64,000 bases of DNA from an uncultured Planctomycetota bacterium (GCA_963823665.1 CAWGMQ010000003.1:320001-384000), one strand, 5' to 3'. Shown: positions 41,266 through 51,703, counted from the stretch's first letter. Notes: generated by a model from the letters alone, not told the origin. Made by a program: numbers and translations.

Positions 41266-42918
41266 TTATTCGCGAACTGGTTTTTTGCTTTTGTAGAAGG
41301 CGAGGCGATCTTCGAAGCCGACGCCGGCGCCTCGGCCGCCTCCCATGCTGATCGCCTTCCGCTGGAGGGCTGATGGATAGCGCTGGCGAACGAGCTTGAT
41401 CGCCAGGTTCTGCCAGTCGACGGCGGACTGGAAGTCACCGGCTTCGGCGCAGGCGGCGGCCAAGGTGTCGATGGCGTCCGGGTCAATCCAGTGCGCCAGC
41501 TCGCAGGCCCGAGTGGCTTCATCGAGGGCCCACTTGCCATTGCGGGATTGTGGGAGCAGAGCGGTGGCAAGTATCCGGGCGAGCATCTGGTGGGCGACGG
41601 CTTCGTCGGGACTGATGCGGATCAGATCAGAAAAACCCTGAATGGCGAGGTCGAACCGGCCGATTTGCTTCCAGGTGTTTCCCCGTGCGACGTAAGCGGG
41701 TGCGTATTTCGCGTCGAGGCGAATCGCCTGGTTGAAGTCGGCGATCGCGGCGTCGATTTTAAGATCCTTGCGCCATTCGTTGCCGCGCGAGACCCAGATT
41801 GCCGGATTGTTCGCGTCGAGGCGGAGCGCCTCGGCGTAGTCGGCCATCGCGGCCTCGTGCATGCCGCGGGCGGACCAGCACTCGGCCCGCGCTACTCGAT
41901 GCATCGAGTTGGCGGGCTCGAGCTTGATGGCCGCATCGTAGTCGGCAAGCTCGCGCTCGCGATAGTATTTCAGCCTCCAAGCCTTCGCGCGGCTGGTGTA
42001 TGCGGGAGCATAGCGCGGGTCGAGCTTGAGGGCGGCGTTGTAGTCATCGATGGCCTTGTCATACTCCTGCTTGGCACACCATTCGTCGCCGCTCGAGATC
42101 AATTCCGGCGCGGTGCGAAGCTCTGGACGGGCGCCGGCCTTATTCTGGGGCACGCCCCGATCACCGTCGCTCTGACCCGCAACCGGCTGTCGGCCCGATG
42201 GCGAAGCAGACGCACTGCCGCGCGGGAACGGATTGACCGGATCGAGGCGGAACGCCTGCTCGAGAGCAGCCATCGCGGAGGCGTAGTCTCGCTTCGCGAG
42301 CTCGGCCTGCTCGCGCACGAATCGGGCCTGCGCGTGATTGGGCTCGAGACGGAGCAGCGTTTCGCAGTCGTCGACCGCCCGCCTCACGTTCTTCATGCGC
42401 AGGTGTACCAGGCTACGGCTCAAGTAACAGGCCGGCTGGCTGCTGGGGAGCCGGATGGCATAATTGAGATTCACCAGCGCGCTTTTCGCATCATTCAAGT
42501 AGAACCACAGACGCCCGAGCATCCAGAACGAATCGGCGTCCCGCAGGTCGTTCACGAGCACCCGGCCGAAATGTTCGATTGCCTGCTCGAGGGAGACAAC
42601 CTCGTCCTCGTGCGCCCAGCCGCGAGTCTTACCGTCCCGAGATACCAGCAACACTCGACCTCCTTCCGATCGCTCCACCGTGAATGTCAGCTTGTCGCCG
42701 TCGTCGACCACGCGCCCCGCATCAAAGATCGGCAGCCCGGGCAGCTTGAGGACAACCTCGGAACCCGTTGCAAACCGCGGACGGGAAGCGCCGGAGGCCG
42801 AGACCGGTGGGTCGTCACCGGCGTGCAAAACGGCTGAGGGAGCCAGCCCGAAAAGGATAACGATCGCCAGTGCACGGATTCGCCCATCGGCGGGCCGGTC
42901 TAAAATCCACTTTCTCAT
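41266..42918 (-). CDS. Secreted TPR protein with N-terminal SH3-like domain
   Basis: Multiple TPRs (AIADFNQAIRLD..YAPAY); C-terminal RACEL..W....IDTLAAA.AE.GDF..AV.WQ. Confidence 0.85.
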   Translation of the reverse strand: MRKWILDRPADGRIRALAIVILFGLAPSAVLHAGDDPPVSASGASRPRFATGSEVVLKLPGLPIFDAGRVVDDGDKLTFTVERSEGGRVLLVSRDGKTRGWAHEDEVVSLEQAIEHFGRVLVNDLRDADSFWMLGRLWFYLNDAKSALVNLNYAIRLPSSQPACYLSRSLVHLRMKNVRRAVDDCETLLRLEPNHAQARFVREQAELAKRDYASAMAALEQAFRLDPVNPFPRGSASASPSGRQPVAGQSDGDRGVPQNKAGARPELRTAPELISSGDEWCAKQEYDKAIDDYNAALKLDPRYAPAYTSRAKAWRLKYYRERELADYDAAIKLEPANSMHRVARAECWSARGMHEAAMADYAEALRLDANNPAIWVSRGNEWRKDLKIDAAIADFNQAIRLDAKYAPAYVARGNTWKQIGRFDLAIQGFSDLIRISPDEAVAHQMLARILATALLPQSRNGKWALDEATRACELAHWIDPDAIDTLAAACAEAGDFQSAVDWQNLAIKLVRQRYPSALQRKAISMGGGRGAGVGFEDRLAFYKSKKPVRE

Positions 42919-43172
42919 CGTCAGTTGCTCGCCTGGAGGGGGGTCACCTCGCAATCCGACCCAGGAGCGCGAGGTCGCTTGAAAAAGTCGCTGACAGCGA
43001 GGCTGCTGGATATCTAGTTGAATAGGCGACACCGTCGAGCCGTGCGGCCCAAGGGGATCTCGGCATGAGGCTGGTGTCTGTTGCGAAGAGTTACATGGTA
43101 AACGGACCTGGGAGATTACGCAATTCCGGAAGATTGCCACGGACGTTCTCTGCCATCGAGAGCGGTCGTCGC

Positions 43173-44603
43173 TCACGTGTCGCCCTTGCGCTTTGCTTCC
43201 TCCCAGATCGGGCCGTAGACCTCCTTGTCGAAGGGGGGGCAGCCGGTGGCGAACTGACCGAGTGCGTTGTGCTTGGATCGCATGAGCGCGGTGCAGAAGC
43301 TGAACGTGCGGCAGAGACGCCTGGGATCGAGCGGCCGGCCTTCCGCGAGGCTGCGGGCGAAGTCGGGCTGGGAGAGCGCTCCTCGTCCGATGCCGACGAA
43401 ACCGGCGCGGCCGTCGACGATATTCGCGGCCCCGGCACGAAAGGCAAACTCTTGAAGCCAGCTATAGCCCGAGCCGACGACTGTGAGAGACGGAAACCTC
43501 TTCTGCACCAATGACGTACACGCGAAATGGCGGGCGACGCCCAGGAGCGGATGCTCGGGCGTCTCGTAGCCATCGGGAGGCGGGTTTTCGAATGGCCTCA
43601 GCAGATGCGGGCTGGCATAGGGGTTACCCAGCGAGACGTTGACCAGGCTCACACCCAGCTCGAGCAGGAGCTCGATCAATCGCAGGGGCTCGTCCATGTC
43701 GGGCCGGAACGGGTCGAGCGGGTCGGTTCCCCAGACGGTCTGGACGGGCGGATCGAACGCACACGGCACGCCGAGGCCGTCCGGGCCTTTGGCGTAGGGC
43801 AAACCGTCAAACACGTTGAGCCGGGTGGCCAGCATGAGGCGCGGGGAATTCTCGCGGATCCTGGCAGCGACTTCGCGGATGAATCTCGTGCGGTTTTCGA
43901 GCGATCCGCCGTACTTGCCGGGGCGCAGCCTGGCCGAGAGCAGCTCGTTCAGGAGGTAACGATGGCACTGCTTCAAGTCGACGAAATCGAAACCGGCGCG
44001 AGCCGCCAGCGCGGCCGCAGCCACGTAGCGGTCTTGTAGTGAGTCGAGCTCGAAATCGGAAATCAACGGGAAATCGGGCCCAGCGGTTGCGCCCTTGTGC
44101 TTGTCAACGATCGTGTGCGGATCGAGGAGCGGATCGTGCTGGGCGAGGATCGGGCGAGCGAATGAGTAGCGCCCGGAATGCGTGAGCTGGAGGCCGACCA
44201 GGAGGTCGTCATCGCGCCCGTTGGCTTCCAGGTGGGCTGTGCGGGCCAGATGAACGAGCCGTGAGTACGATTCGCAATTCCTTTCGTCGATGACGAGCTG
44301 GCGGGGATTGGCCCTGCCTTCGGGAACGACGGCACAGGCTTCGCCCCAGATGAGTTTGGCGCCGCCGGCGCCGAAGCGTTTGAAGCGGCGGATGGTCAGC
44401 TCTCCGGGCGAGCCGTCCGGTTCGGCGTCGCAGCCTTCCATGGGCTGGATCGCCAGGCGATTGCCGACCGAGCGGCCGGCGATTGTCGCTGGAAGGAACA
44501 GCGGGCTCAAGTCGTCGCTCAAGCGGATGTCGGCGTCGACTCCCAGGGCGCTCGCTTCGGCGAGCAGTGCATCAGCCGTCTTGTATTTGAAGTAGCGAGA
44601 CAC
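43173..44603 (-). CDS. NADH:flavin oxidoreductase (Old Yellow Enzyme family)
   Basis: NRLAIQPMEG, GGAKLIWGEA, LQLTHSGR, AGFDFVDLKQCHRYLL.ELLS, YGGSLENRTRF. Confidence 0.9.
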   Translation of the reverse strand: MSRYFKYKTADALLAEASALGVDADIRLSDDLSPLFLPATIAGRSVGNRLAIQPMEGCDAEPDGSPGELTIRRFKRFGAGGAKLIWGEACAVVPEGRANPRQLVIDERNCESYSRLVHLARTAHLEANGRDDDLLVGLQLTHSGRYSFARPILAQHDPLLDPHTIVDKHKGATAGPDFPLISDFELDSLQDRYVAAAALAARAGFDFVDLKQCHRYLLNELLSARLRPGKYGGSLENRTRFIREVAARIRENSPRLMLATRLNVFDGLPYAKGPDGLGVPCAFDPPVQTVWGTDPLDPFRPDMDEPLRLIELLLELGVSLVNVSLGNPYASPHLLRPFENPPPDGYETPEHPLLGVARHFACTSLVQKRFPSLTVVGSGYSWLQEFAFRAGAANIVDGRAGFVGIGRGALSQPDFARSLAEGRPLDPRRLCRTFSFCTALMRSKHNALGQFATGCPPFDKEVYGPIWEEAKRKGDT

Positions 44604-44814
44604 GCGGGTTGCTCAAATGGTGCGTTGCCTGGGAGGCCTGCCATGCTTTGCTTCGGGGAGTATCGTGGCAGATTTGGTACAGAGCCTGCAAGCGAAAGGG
44701 TGCCTTGACCGGCTAAAATGGTGCCGCCCGGGCTGACTGTCGGCGGGGCGGTCGCGTGCCCGTTCCGGCGATGCGGGCGCGGGGGCAAACCGGTCTCCAA
44801 TCGAGGAGGAAACC

Positions 44815-46206
44815 ATGTCTGTCGCGGAAGAATACGACCTGGTCGTCCTGGGCAGTGGTGCGCCCGGCAAGCTTCTTGCCTGGACACTGGCCGCGCAGGG
44901 GAAGCGCCTGGCGGTGATCGAGCGGCGGTATGTCGGGGGGTCGTGCCCGAACATCGCGTGCCTTCCGAGCAAGAACGTGATCCACGGCGCGAAGGTTGCC
45001 AGCTTGTTGCGCAGGGGCGGCGAGTTCGGCGTCGCGAGCGACCACTGGAAAGGGAAGGTCGATATGGCCGCCGTTCGCGACCGCAAGCGGAAGATGGTGG
45101 AGGGGCTGGTCGCAATCCATCAGGCGAAGTACCGCGAGAGCGGCGCGGAGCTCATCATGGGCAGCGGCCGCTTCGTGGCGCCGAAGACGATCGAGGTCGC
45201 GATCAACGCGGGCGGGCTGCGAACGCTCCGTGGCAAGACCGTGATCATCAACACCGGGACGCGCGCAAGGATCGATGAGACCCCGGGCCTCAAGGAGTCG
45301 GGCCCGCTGACTCATGTCGAGGCCCTGGACCTGGACCACCTTCCGGAACACTTGATCGTTCTGGGTGGCGGCTACGTGGGCCTCGAGCTGGCGCAGGCGT
45401 TTCGCCGGTTCGGCAGCCGGGTGACGGTGGTCGAGCGGAACGGCTCGCTGATCCATCGCGAAGACCCGGACGTGACCGAAGCGATCGAGCGACTCATGCG
45501 AGACGAGGGAATCGGGGTGCTGACCGGGACTGCCGTCGCGCGAGTCGAGGGGAGATCAGGGCAGTCCGTTCGCCTGCATGCGGCGCACGGCGTGATTGAA
45601 GGGACGGACCTCCTCGTCGCCGGAGGGCGCACGCCGAACACCGACGGCATCGGGCTCGAGAAGGCCGGAGTCGAGACGGACGAGCGAGGGCACGTCAAGG
45701 TGAACGAGCGGTTGCAGACCACCGCGAAGGACGTCTGGGCGGCGGGCGACTGTGCCGGCAGCCCTTATTTCACCCATATCGGAGTCGACGACTTCCGCGT
45801 GGTGCTCGCGAATCTTACGGGCGGGAGCCGCGTGACGACCGGGCGGCAAGTGCCGTACTGCTTGTTCACTGATCCGGAGCTGGCCCGGGTTGGCCTGAGC
45901 GAACGGGAGGCACGCGAGCGCGGCGTGGGATACCGCCTGTTCCAGATCCCGATGGAAGCCGTGCTGCGCTGCCGGACGATTTCGGAGACGCGGGGGTTTC
46001 TCAAGGCACTCGTCGAGAAAGGAGGCGACCGCATCCTCGGGTTCACGGCATTCGGGGCCGAGGCGGGCGAACTCCTGGCCGCTGTCCAGGTCGCGATGGC
46101 GGCTGGCTTGCCGTACACGGCGCTCTCGGACGCCGTGATGACACACCCGACGATGAGCGAGGGGCTCACCGAGCTGTTCTCGTCCGTCCCGCGGGCTGAC
46201 GGCTGA
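44815..46206 (+). CDS. Class I pyridine nucleotide-disulfide oxidoreductase (MerA/RclA/Lpd-like)
   Basis: GSGAPG, GGSCPNIACLPSK, GGGYVGLE, GRTPN, HPT.SE; GAGGAGGA RBS. Confidence 0.9.
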   Translation: MSVAEEYDLVVLGSGAPGKLLAWTLAAQGKRLAVIERRYVGGSCPNIACLPSKNVIHGAKVASLLRRGGEFGVASDHWKGKVDMAAVRDRKRKMVEGLVAIHQAKYRESGAELIMGSGRFVAPKTIEVAINAGGLRTLRGKTVIINTGTRARIDETPGLKESGPLTHVEALDLDHLPEHLIVLGGGYVGLELAQAFRRFGSRVTVVERNGSLIHREDPDVTEAIERLMRDEGIGVLTGTAVARVEGRSGQSVRLHAAHGVIEGTDLLVAGGRTPNTDGIGLEKAGVETDERGHVKVNERLQTTAKDVWAAGDCAGSPYFTHIGVDDFRVVLANLTGGSRVTTGRQVPYCLFTDPELARVGLSEREARERGVGYRLFQIPMEAVLRCRTISETRGFLKALVEKGGDRILGFTAFGAEAGELLAAVQVAMAAGLPYTALSDAVMTHPTMSEGLTELFSSVPRADG

Positions 46207-46253
46207 ATGGGCGGATTGGAAAGCTGTTACGTGGTCCGTTCAGAATTTCACTG

Positions 46254-46596
46254 TCAGAGCGGGTCGGGCTCGACCGGCAGCCATGGGAAGTGCGCGGCCC
46301 GTTCGTACTTGAGTCTCATCGCATCGTGATACTTGACCATGGCCGGCACGAACGGCGGCCCGTCGGGCCAGGGGTAACTCGCGGGCTTTCCGATGCGTTG
46401 TGACCTCCAGCGCTCCTCCCAGTACCTGATCGAGTCCGGTGAGGTGAGCACAAACGCCCTGAAACTCGCATGACCGGCAGCCTTTTCTAGATAGCGCCGG
46501 CGCGGTCCAGTAGCGAATGATTCCAAACGCCAGTGCCGCGAACGCTACCACCATCATCAGGCGCCGAACCGTGAATAAGACGCGGGGGATCATCAT
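46254..46596 (-). CDS. Small membrane-anchored hypothetical protein; frameshift near 46490
   Basis: FTVRRLMMVVAFAALAF N-terminus and YH..M..KYERAA.FPWLPVEPDP C-terminus in adjacent frames. Confidence 0.7.
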
Positions 46597-46795
46597 TGCG
46601 CCGGTCTCAGGCCGCCCAATGCACGTGACGTCGGTAGTCGACATTGCTAGCCACCCTTTATCATGGGCCGATCCGTTCCGGATTCAGTCATTATCGTCCC
46701 ACTGCCAAGCGTGCGCGCCAACTGTTGTTGACGGGCCGCGAGGAATCACTGAGGCGTGAGGACGACCCGGCGGTGTGATCTTGCAAGGACTGACG

Positions 46796-49411
46796 ATGCG
46801 ACTGCGCAAGCTGATTATCTCGTCGGGGGTCGGGCTCGAGACCCGCGGGATAGGTCTGATTGTCCTCGCGGCCGCGATTCTGTTCTGGCTCTGGCCGATC
46901 GGGGTGGGCGGCGCGATGCCCGCCGGCGGCGATGTTACGCAGTTCTTTCTGGGTTTGATGGCGTTCTACGGGAACTCGCTCGCGGAGGGAAGGCTGCCGG
47001 TATGGAACGACCTCTGGGGTTACGGCTTTCCCGGGCTGGCGGAAAGTCAGATGGGTGTGTTCTACCCGGTTCACCTCATTTTGTACCGCTGGCTGAACAC
47101 GGAGGCGGCGTATGTCGTGAGCTTGGTGGCACATACCCTCTGGGGGGGTCTGGGCGCTTACTGGATGGGGCGGCGGATCGGGACTTCTCGGACGGGCTCT
47201 ACGCTGGCGGCGTTCTGCTGGACGACGTGTGGGTTCTTCCTCGTGCACCTCGCCCACCCCTGGGGATACACCGCAGGATGCTGGATGCCGTGGGCGTGGG
47301 GACTGGGGTTCCGGCTTGTCGCCGGCGACGGAATCGTGAGGCCGAGTGACCCACTCCTTCTGGCACTCGTCCTGGCCGTGCAGCTTCTGCCGGGCCATTT
47401 TCAATTGGCGTTTATCACTCAATGCGGACTGATGTTGATGGTGGGGTGGGCGGCGATCGAGCGATTGGCGAGGCCGGCCTCTCGCGGACCGGAGCTGGAA
47501 ACATCCGGGCCGCCGTTCCATCCACGAGGGGCTGTGATCGCTCTTCTCATGCTCGCCTGGGCGTTTCCACTGGCGGCCGTTCAGCTCGTGCCGACGGCGC
47601 GGCTGGCGCAGCTCGCCGGGCTGCACCGCGAATTCGGGTACTTGTCCGACTTTGCGTCACCGCCCTCCCATCTTGTCAATTACGTCACCCCGGGGCTGTT
47701 TCATCGCTCGCCGTTGTGGCGGCCGTTGGTGTGGGATCCGTTTCACGCGATGCCGGAGGAACACCTGACGTACGTGGGGCTGGTACCGCTTTTCCTGGCT
47801 TGCATGACCGTGCTGCGCGAATGGCGCCGGGACGCGAGCGTGCGGCTGCTGGGAATTCTCGCGGTCACGGCCCTCGTGCTCAGCATGGGTCCGTACGTTC
47901 CGGGATTCCGCTATCTGATCATGCTTCCGGGTTTTTCCTTTTTTCGGGCGCCATCGCGCTGGAGCGTGGCCACTGCGCTGGCGCTGGCGCTACTCGCCGG
48001 GAAGGGATTCGATCGCTGGGGCGAATGGGTGCGGCCGGGACGCTCATTGCGACGGCTCGTGGTGATCTCGATTTGCTGGGTGGCCGTGACCCTGAGCTTG
48101 ATCGAGATGGCCGTTTCTTGCACGAGCCAATCAGGATGGCCGGAGGTCTCGCGCGGCTTCCAAAAGGTGTTTTCGGCGCTTCCATGGAAGGGAGAACCGA
48201 GCTTCGCGACCATACTGGCACAGGCGCATCGGCCTTTGGCGGACCGGCGCATCGGGTCCGGGCCATCTCAGACGATCCTCGCGCGCAGGCCCGCGGGAGA
48301 GCGGATCTTTGCGGAACAGCGGTTTCACATCTACACCCGGGAGCTCGGTGAGGCGGTCGCGCTCGTTGTGCTGGTGCTCGTCCTGGCCACGATGAGCAAC
48401 CGTGGATGGCTGGCGGCTCGGTGGATCAAGCACGCACTGCTCTTTCTCACCTTTCTGGATCTTTGGGTGCTGGGTCTGCATCGGCTGGTCGAGGTGGTAC
48501 CGTGCAGGCCGCTGGTGGAGCAGAGCCCAGTGCTTGCGAGGCTGGCGCGAGAGCCGCGTGGAACTCGAATCGCGGACCGCCGGCTTCGAAACCTGCCGAT
48601 GAGGCTGGGACTCGCTCCGATCTCGGCCTATCGCACACTCGATCTGCCGGTGGTGGGGTCAATGACGGAGCGGGCACTGGGGTCGCTCGCCGAGCCGCAG
48701 ATTGCGGGGGATGTTCACGGGGCACTGCGCGCCACCGGGACCGGAATACGGTTGATCGACCCGATTGAGAATCGCGAAGACGAGGTGCTTCGCGGCGTGA
48801 AGGCGGATCGAGAAATGATCGAGGATCCAGTCCTGGCGAGCTTTATCTTCGACGCGTCGTGGGTTGCGGAGCAGGCACCCTGGGCGCAGCGATTCTCGAT
48901 CTTGCGGCTGGAAACGCCTCCGACTCGTGCGTGGTTCGTGAGCGGGTTCGACGTGGCCAAAGCTCGGATTGTGAATGAATGGTCAGGTGATCCTCGCCAC
49001 GTCCTTAATTTGCTTCGCAGTGCCGCGCCGCTTTCGGTCGAATCGCGAACGCCGGAAAGGTGGACGATTTCGATCGAGGCGTCGGGGCCGGGCTGGGCGA
49101 TCGTCACCCAGCTCGCCGATCCGCAGTGGAAAGCCACATGCGTTAATCAGGATCACTCGTGGAAAACGGAACCGCAGATCCGGCCGGCGTTTCACTCATT
49201 GCGCGAGCCCTTGGGCTGGCAGTGCATTGCGGTGCCTGGTGCGGGGCGCTGGACACTGCACCTTGAGTACGAAGCGAACGATGTCCGAATGGGATTCATG
49301 ATTTCGGCGATCGCGTGGGCTGTATGGTTGGTGGTTGCGATCTGGACTGGCGTTCAAATGTTGCACAGCGGGAGCGGTTCAGGGCGCAATGCGTTTCTTA
49401 ACAATTCATGA
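46796..49411 (+). CDS. YfhO-like (GT-C fold) membrane protein, putative glycosyltransferase
   Basis: GRLPVWNDLWGYGFPGLAESQMGVFYP, LLPGHFQ, AAVQLVPT, YVG, FRAPSRW, DPQWKA; many TM helices. Confidence 0.8.
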   Translation: MRLRKLIISSGVGLETRGIGLIVLAAAILFWLWPIGVGGAMPAGGDVTQFFLGLMAFYGNSLAEGRLPVWNDLWGYGFPGLAESQMGVFYPVHLILYRWLNTEAAYVVSLVAHTLWGGLGAYWMGRRIGTSRTGSTLAAFCWTTCGFFLVHLAHPWGYTAGCWMPWAWGLGFRLVAGDGIVRPSDPLLLALVLAVQLLPGHFQLAFITQCGLMLMVGWAAIERLARPASRGPELETSGPPFHPRGAVIALLMLAWAFPLAAVQLVPTARLAQLAGLHREFGYLSDFASPPSHLVNYVTPGLFHRSPLWRPLVWDPFHAMPEEHLTYVGLVPLFLACMTVLREWRRDASVRLLGILAVTALVLSMGPYVPGFRYLIMLPGFSFFRAPSRWSVATALALALLAGKGFDRWGEWVRPGRSLRRLVVISICWVAVTLSLIEMAVSCTSQSGWPEVSRGFQKVFSALPWKGEPSFATILAQAHRPLADRRIGSGPSQTILARRPAGERIFAEQRFHIYTRELGEAVALVVLVLVLATMSNRGWLAARWIKHALLFLTFLDLWVLGLHRLVEVVPCRPLVEQSPVLARLAREPRGTRIADRRLRNLPMRLGLAPISAYRTLDLPVVGSMTERALGSLAEPQIAGDVHGALRATGTGIRLIDPIENREDEVLRGVKADREMIEDPVLASFIFDASWVAEQAPWAQRFSILRLETPPTRAWFVSGFDVAKARIVNEWSGDPRHVLNLLRSAAPLSVESRTPERWTISIEASGPGWAIVTQLADPQWKATCVNQDHSWKTEPQIRPAFHSLREPLGWQCIAVPGAGRWTLHLEYEANDVRMGFMISAIAWAVWLVVAIWTGVQMLHSGSGSGRNAFLNNS

Positions 49412-51040
49412 TCGAGCAGTCGTGAATCTCGCCGGGCATACGGACTGGTCAAACAGAAGTCCATGTTTTTTCAGCTTCTTATAGAGAGTGGTGCGGTTGA
49501 TATCCAGAACGCGTGCGGCCTGCTTGAGATTCCAGTCAACGGCTTGGAGGGCCTCGCTGATGATCTTTTTCTCCGGCTCTACTAAAGCTTCCTTCAGAGG
49601 CCGAATGCGCGTGCGTAGACAGGTCCGGGGCGTGGAAGTGCCAACGAGTCCTGATCGGGGACGATCGATGCTAGACGCCAGATGGCGTGAAGTGATCCGT
49701 GGACCGTTGCAGATCGCAACCGCGAGTTTTATCGCGGCCTCGAGCTCGCGGATGTTGCCGGGCCAGTCGTGCCGTCCTAGCAGGTCGAGTGCACCACGTG
49801 TGAATCCCGCCACGGGCTTTTCGAATTCGTGAGCATAGCGGGCGCGGAATGAATCGGCCAGCAGCGGGGCATCGGTCCGCCTATGTCTCAGCGGTGGCAG
49901 CATGAGGCTCACGATGCTGACACGATGAAAGAGTTCGTGTTGGAGCAGCCCTTGGTCGATGAGGAGCGGGAGGTTTTCGCTGGTGGACATCACGAACCGC
50001 ACCTCGCCGAGCGGCTGAGAACGTTCGGTTGTCGCATCGAAATCGCGGACTTGCAATTCTCGGTACAGGCCAGGCTGGAGCACCATGGACAGTCCGGCGA
50101 CCTCACGGATATAGAACGTTCCGCCTCGGGCCTCGCCCAGCTTCTGGCCCCAGGCTTGCGAGAGGCTCGCCGCGCTCGAGGCAAAAGCGCCCTGACTCTC
50201 GTTTTCTCTCGCTGCGAATCCGTCGAGCAAGGTCGACGCCTCGATGGCGACAAACGGAAGATGGGCGCGTTGCCCCAGCGCGTGAAGCAATCGGGCGACA
50301 CGGGCCTTGCCTGTGCCGCGCTCACCGACCAACAGGACCGACGCGGATGTCGGCGCAAGGGCGCTGGCCAGCTCGAGAACCTGACGCCAGGTCGGGTGGT
50401 TACCGATCAAGCCGAAATCGTGTGAGATCTTTTCGATTGGCGGCGACGAATTGACCGCGGCGACGTGCAGGGTCATGGCCTGTGAGGAAGAGGCCCCGAA
50501 CAATTCAGACGATGACGCCGGCACGCTTGAGCCGCCAGACTCGGTGTCGGGATTCCGTGCGAGAGCCGGCGTCATACTCGGGGGCGGGATGGGTCTGGCG
50601 ACGGCGTGCGAACGAGGTGCTGGTGGCGAGGATGACGCCGCGGCCACGGAAGCCGGCTCACCTTGCCGCATCTCGCATTGCTCGAGCGATTGCAAGACGG
50701 CGGCCTGCAACTCCGTTGCCGGTACCGGATAAGCGAGCACCGCCGTTGCGCCGAGTCGGAGTGCCTCTTTGGCCCGAACGGCGTGGAGGTCCGGGAACAG
50801 TAGAATGACGGGTAGCTGACGATCGTTGAGTCGAAGGAGTGCAAGGAGCTCGCGCATGTCGCCGTCGCCTTGGTCAACTCCGGCCAGTACCAGGTCGAAG
50901 TCGTTCTGCTCCATCAGGCGAGCGGCTACTTGATTACTGGTCGTTTGCTCAATGACGCGCCCTGGCGATTTCAACATCGAGGTCAACAGGCCGAGTCCCG
51001 CGGGATGCGGGTAGACGATCAGGATTCGGATCCCAGGCAT
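49406..51040 (-). CDS. NtrC-like regulator (pseudo-receiver, degenerate AAA+, Fis HTH)
   Basis: GERGTGK, ARGGTF, LPPLR.R, HDWPGNIREL, AARVLDINRTTLYKKLKK; GAFTGA and Walker B not intact. Confidence 0.85.
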   Translation of the reverse strand: MPGIRILIVYPHPAGLGLLTSMLKSPGRVIEQTTSNQVAARLMEQNDFDLVLAGVDQGDGDMRELLALLRLNDRQLPVILLFPDLHAVRAKEALRLGATAVLAYPVPATELQAAVLQSLEQCEMRQGEPASVAAASSSPPAPRSHAVARPIPPPSMTPALARNPDTESGGSSVPASSSELFGASSSQAMTLHVAAVNSSPPIEKISHDFGLIGNHPTWRQVLELASALAPTSASVLLVGERGTGKARVARLLHALGQRAHLPFVAIEASTLLDGFAARENESQGAFASSAASLSQAWGQKLGEARGGTFYIREVAGLSMVLQPGLYRELQVRDFDATTERSQPLGEVRFVMSTSENLPLLIDQGLLQHELFHRVSIVSLMLPPLRHRRTDAPLLADSFRARYAHEFEKPVAGFTRGALDLLGRHDWPGNIRELEAAIKLAVAICNGPRITSRHLASSIDRPRSGLVGTSTPRTCLRTRIRPLKEALVEPEKKIISEALQAVDWNLKQAARVLDINRTTLYKKLKKHGLLFDQSVCPARFTTARS

Positions 51041-51133
51041 TCGCTCTCTCGCTCCCGGATGATGTCACGATCTGGTGCAATCGCCAAGTATTGCGCGTCA
51101 GGCATTGCGTCCGGCGGTTTCGATCAACGAACG

Positions 51134-51181
51134 AAAAAAGCCGGCGTGGGCGAACACTTGAGAGTGTGCGCCCACGCCGGC
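51134..51181 (-). terminator. Strong intrinsic terminator
   Basis: 13-bp perfect stem GCCGGCGTGGGCG/CGCCCACGCCGGC plus inner pairing, followed by T6 on the minus strand. Confidence 0.8.
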
Positions 51182-51246
51182 CTACTCTTTGACAAGCCCC
51201 CCGGCACGGCCGGAGTGCTTCTCATCTAGTCTTCCGACGAGAATCG
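51134..51246 (-). ncRNA. Candidate small RNA or attenuator leader (~113 nt)
   Basis: Bounded by a sigma70-like promoter and a terminator; two additional hairpins. Confidence 0.4.
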
Positions 51247-51252
51247 ACAGGC

Positions 51253-51280
51253 ATTATATCGAGGCGGGAGTGGATCACAA
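51253..51280 (-). promoter_or_regulatory. Sigma70-like promoter
   Basis: TTGTGA-N16-TATAAT. Confidence 0.55.
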
Positions 51281-51339
51281 GAAATTCTTCAGATAAATCG
51301 AAGCTCCAAGTTTTTACGCGGACCTGGCAACCGAACTTG

Positions 51340-51465
51340 GTCCGCCACGGAGGATCGGCTGCGGATCTTGGCGGCTTGGCGCGCGAGTACGACGAATGTC
51401 GCCTGGAATGCATTTTCTGCATCGTGCGCGTCACGCAGGATCGTGCGGCAAACGCGGACGCCGGG
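51340..51465 (-). pseudogene. Fragment of a planctomycete-type ECF sigma factor (region 2)
   Basis: VCRTILRDAHDAENAFQATFVVLARQAAKIR with no region 4 and no clear start. Confidence 0.75.
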
Positions 51466-51703
51466 CTCCGCCCTGCGGCGGCCTCTGAGTTTGTGTGCGC
51501 CTCGGGGTTTGGCGAGTAAGAAAAGCCGCGGCGGGGACTTCGCGCGAGAACGCTGGATTTCGCGTCGATTGCCTCGGACACACACACTTGGAACCGATGG
51601 ACTGCCAGGCTAAGCTGGAGACACCGGACGAGGGCGTAAAAGCGTGCGCGACTGGACGCAGCAAGGAACTCTTGTGGGCGAACTCATGCGTCCAAGCAGG
51701 ACC

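Noticed and set aside
44815..46206. Mercuric reductase / mercury resistance
   Set aside because: No C-terminal Cys-Cys pair, no N-terminal metal-binding domain and no mer genes nearby
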